This document shows positions 63,959 through 64,000 of a stretch of DNA of 64,000 nucleotides, in pieces. The position numbers and the translations under genes are program-made. The DNA is taken from positions 2,560,001 through 2,624,000 of the forward strand of contig CAXXQS010000001.1 of the NCBI GenBank assembly GCA_963674735.2, given 5' to 3'. Below the pieces are notes generated by a model that saw nothing but the letters and a program-made list of their open reading frames with translations, searched no databases and was not told the origin of the DNA. Position 1 is the stretch's first letter, and each line of letters opens with the position of its first letter. Source of the stretch: Myxococcota bacterium. Lineage in GTDB: Bacteria; Myxococcota_A; SURF-8.

Positions 63959-64000
63959 ATGGCACAACCCAAAGGCGATAAGTATGGATTGCACCGCGTC
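63959..64000 (+). CDS. kdd: Probable L-erythro-3,5-diaminohexanoate dehydrogenase, N-terminus only
   Basis: AAGGAG RBS, then MAQPKGDKYGLHRV, resembling the KG.KYG.HRV N-terminus of Kdd; only 14 codons visible. Confidence 0.55.
   Translation, partial: MAQPKGDKYGLHRV

Overview
A gene-dense, GC-rich bacterial chromosome segment. The gene content (Hanks-type kinase, MXAN_5187-like C-terminal domain, many Cys-rich acidic lipoproteins) points to a Myxococcota/deltaproteobacterial-type lineage; this is inference. Housekeeping blocks include a ROK kinase, recG-greA, a Na/Pi symporter with a PhoU-like gene, pyrR-pyrB-pyrC with an attenuator-like leader, gcvH-gcvPA-gcvPB, cobO, hutU-hutI, ppdK, the prkA(yeaG)-yeaH-spoVR(ycgB) triad, an acyl-CoA carboxylase beta subunit, several transporters and the start of a probable kdd gene. 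About ten surface lipoproteins are present, most with a repeated acidic DGD linker. The 45-58 kb part is accessory-like, with several REP/REPIN palindrome families and an IS256 remnant. The main discovery is a complete IS621-like IS110 element (51654-52831) inserted at the CT core of a REP. Its bridge-RNA target and donor guides can be read directly and match the flanking REP and the element ends. It also carries an unexpected 16-bp inverted copy of its own donor junction at the predicted RNA 5' end. I saw no rRNA, tRNA or CRISPR array. All product calls rest on motif recognition, not on database searches.
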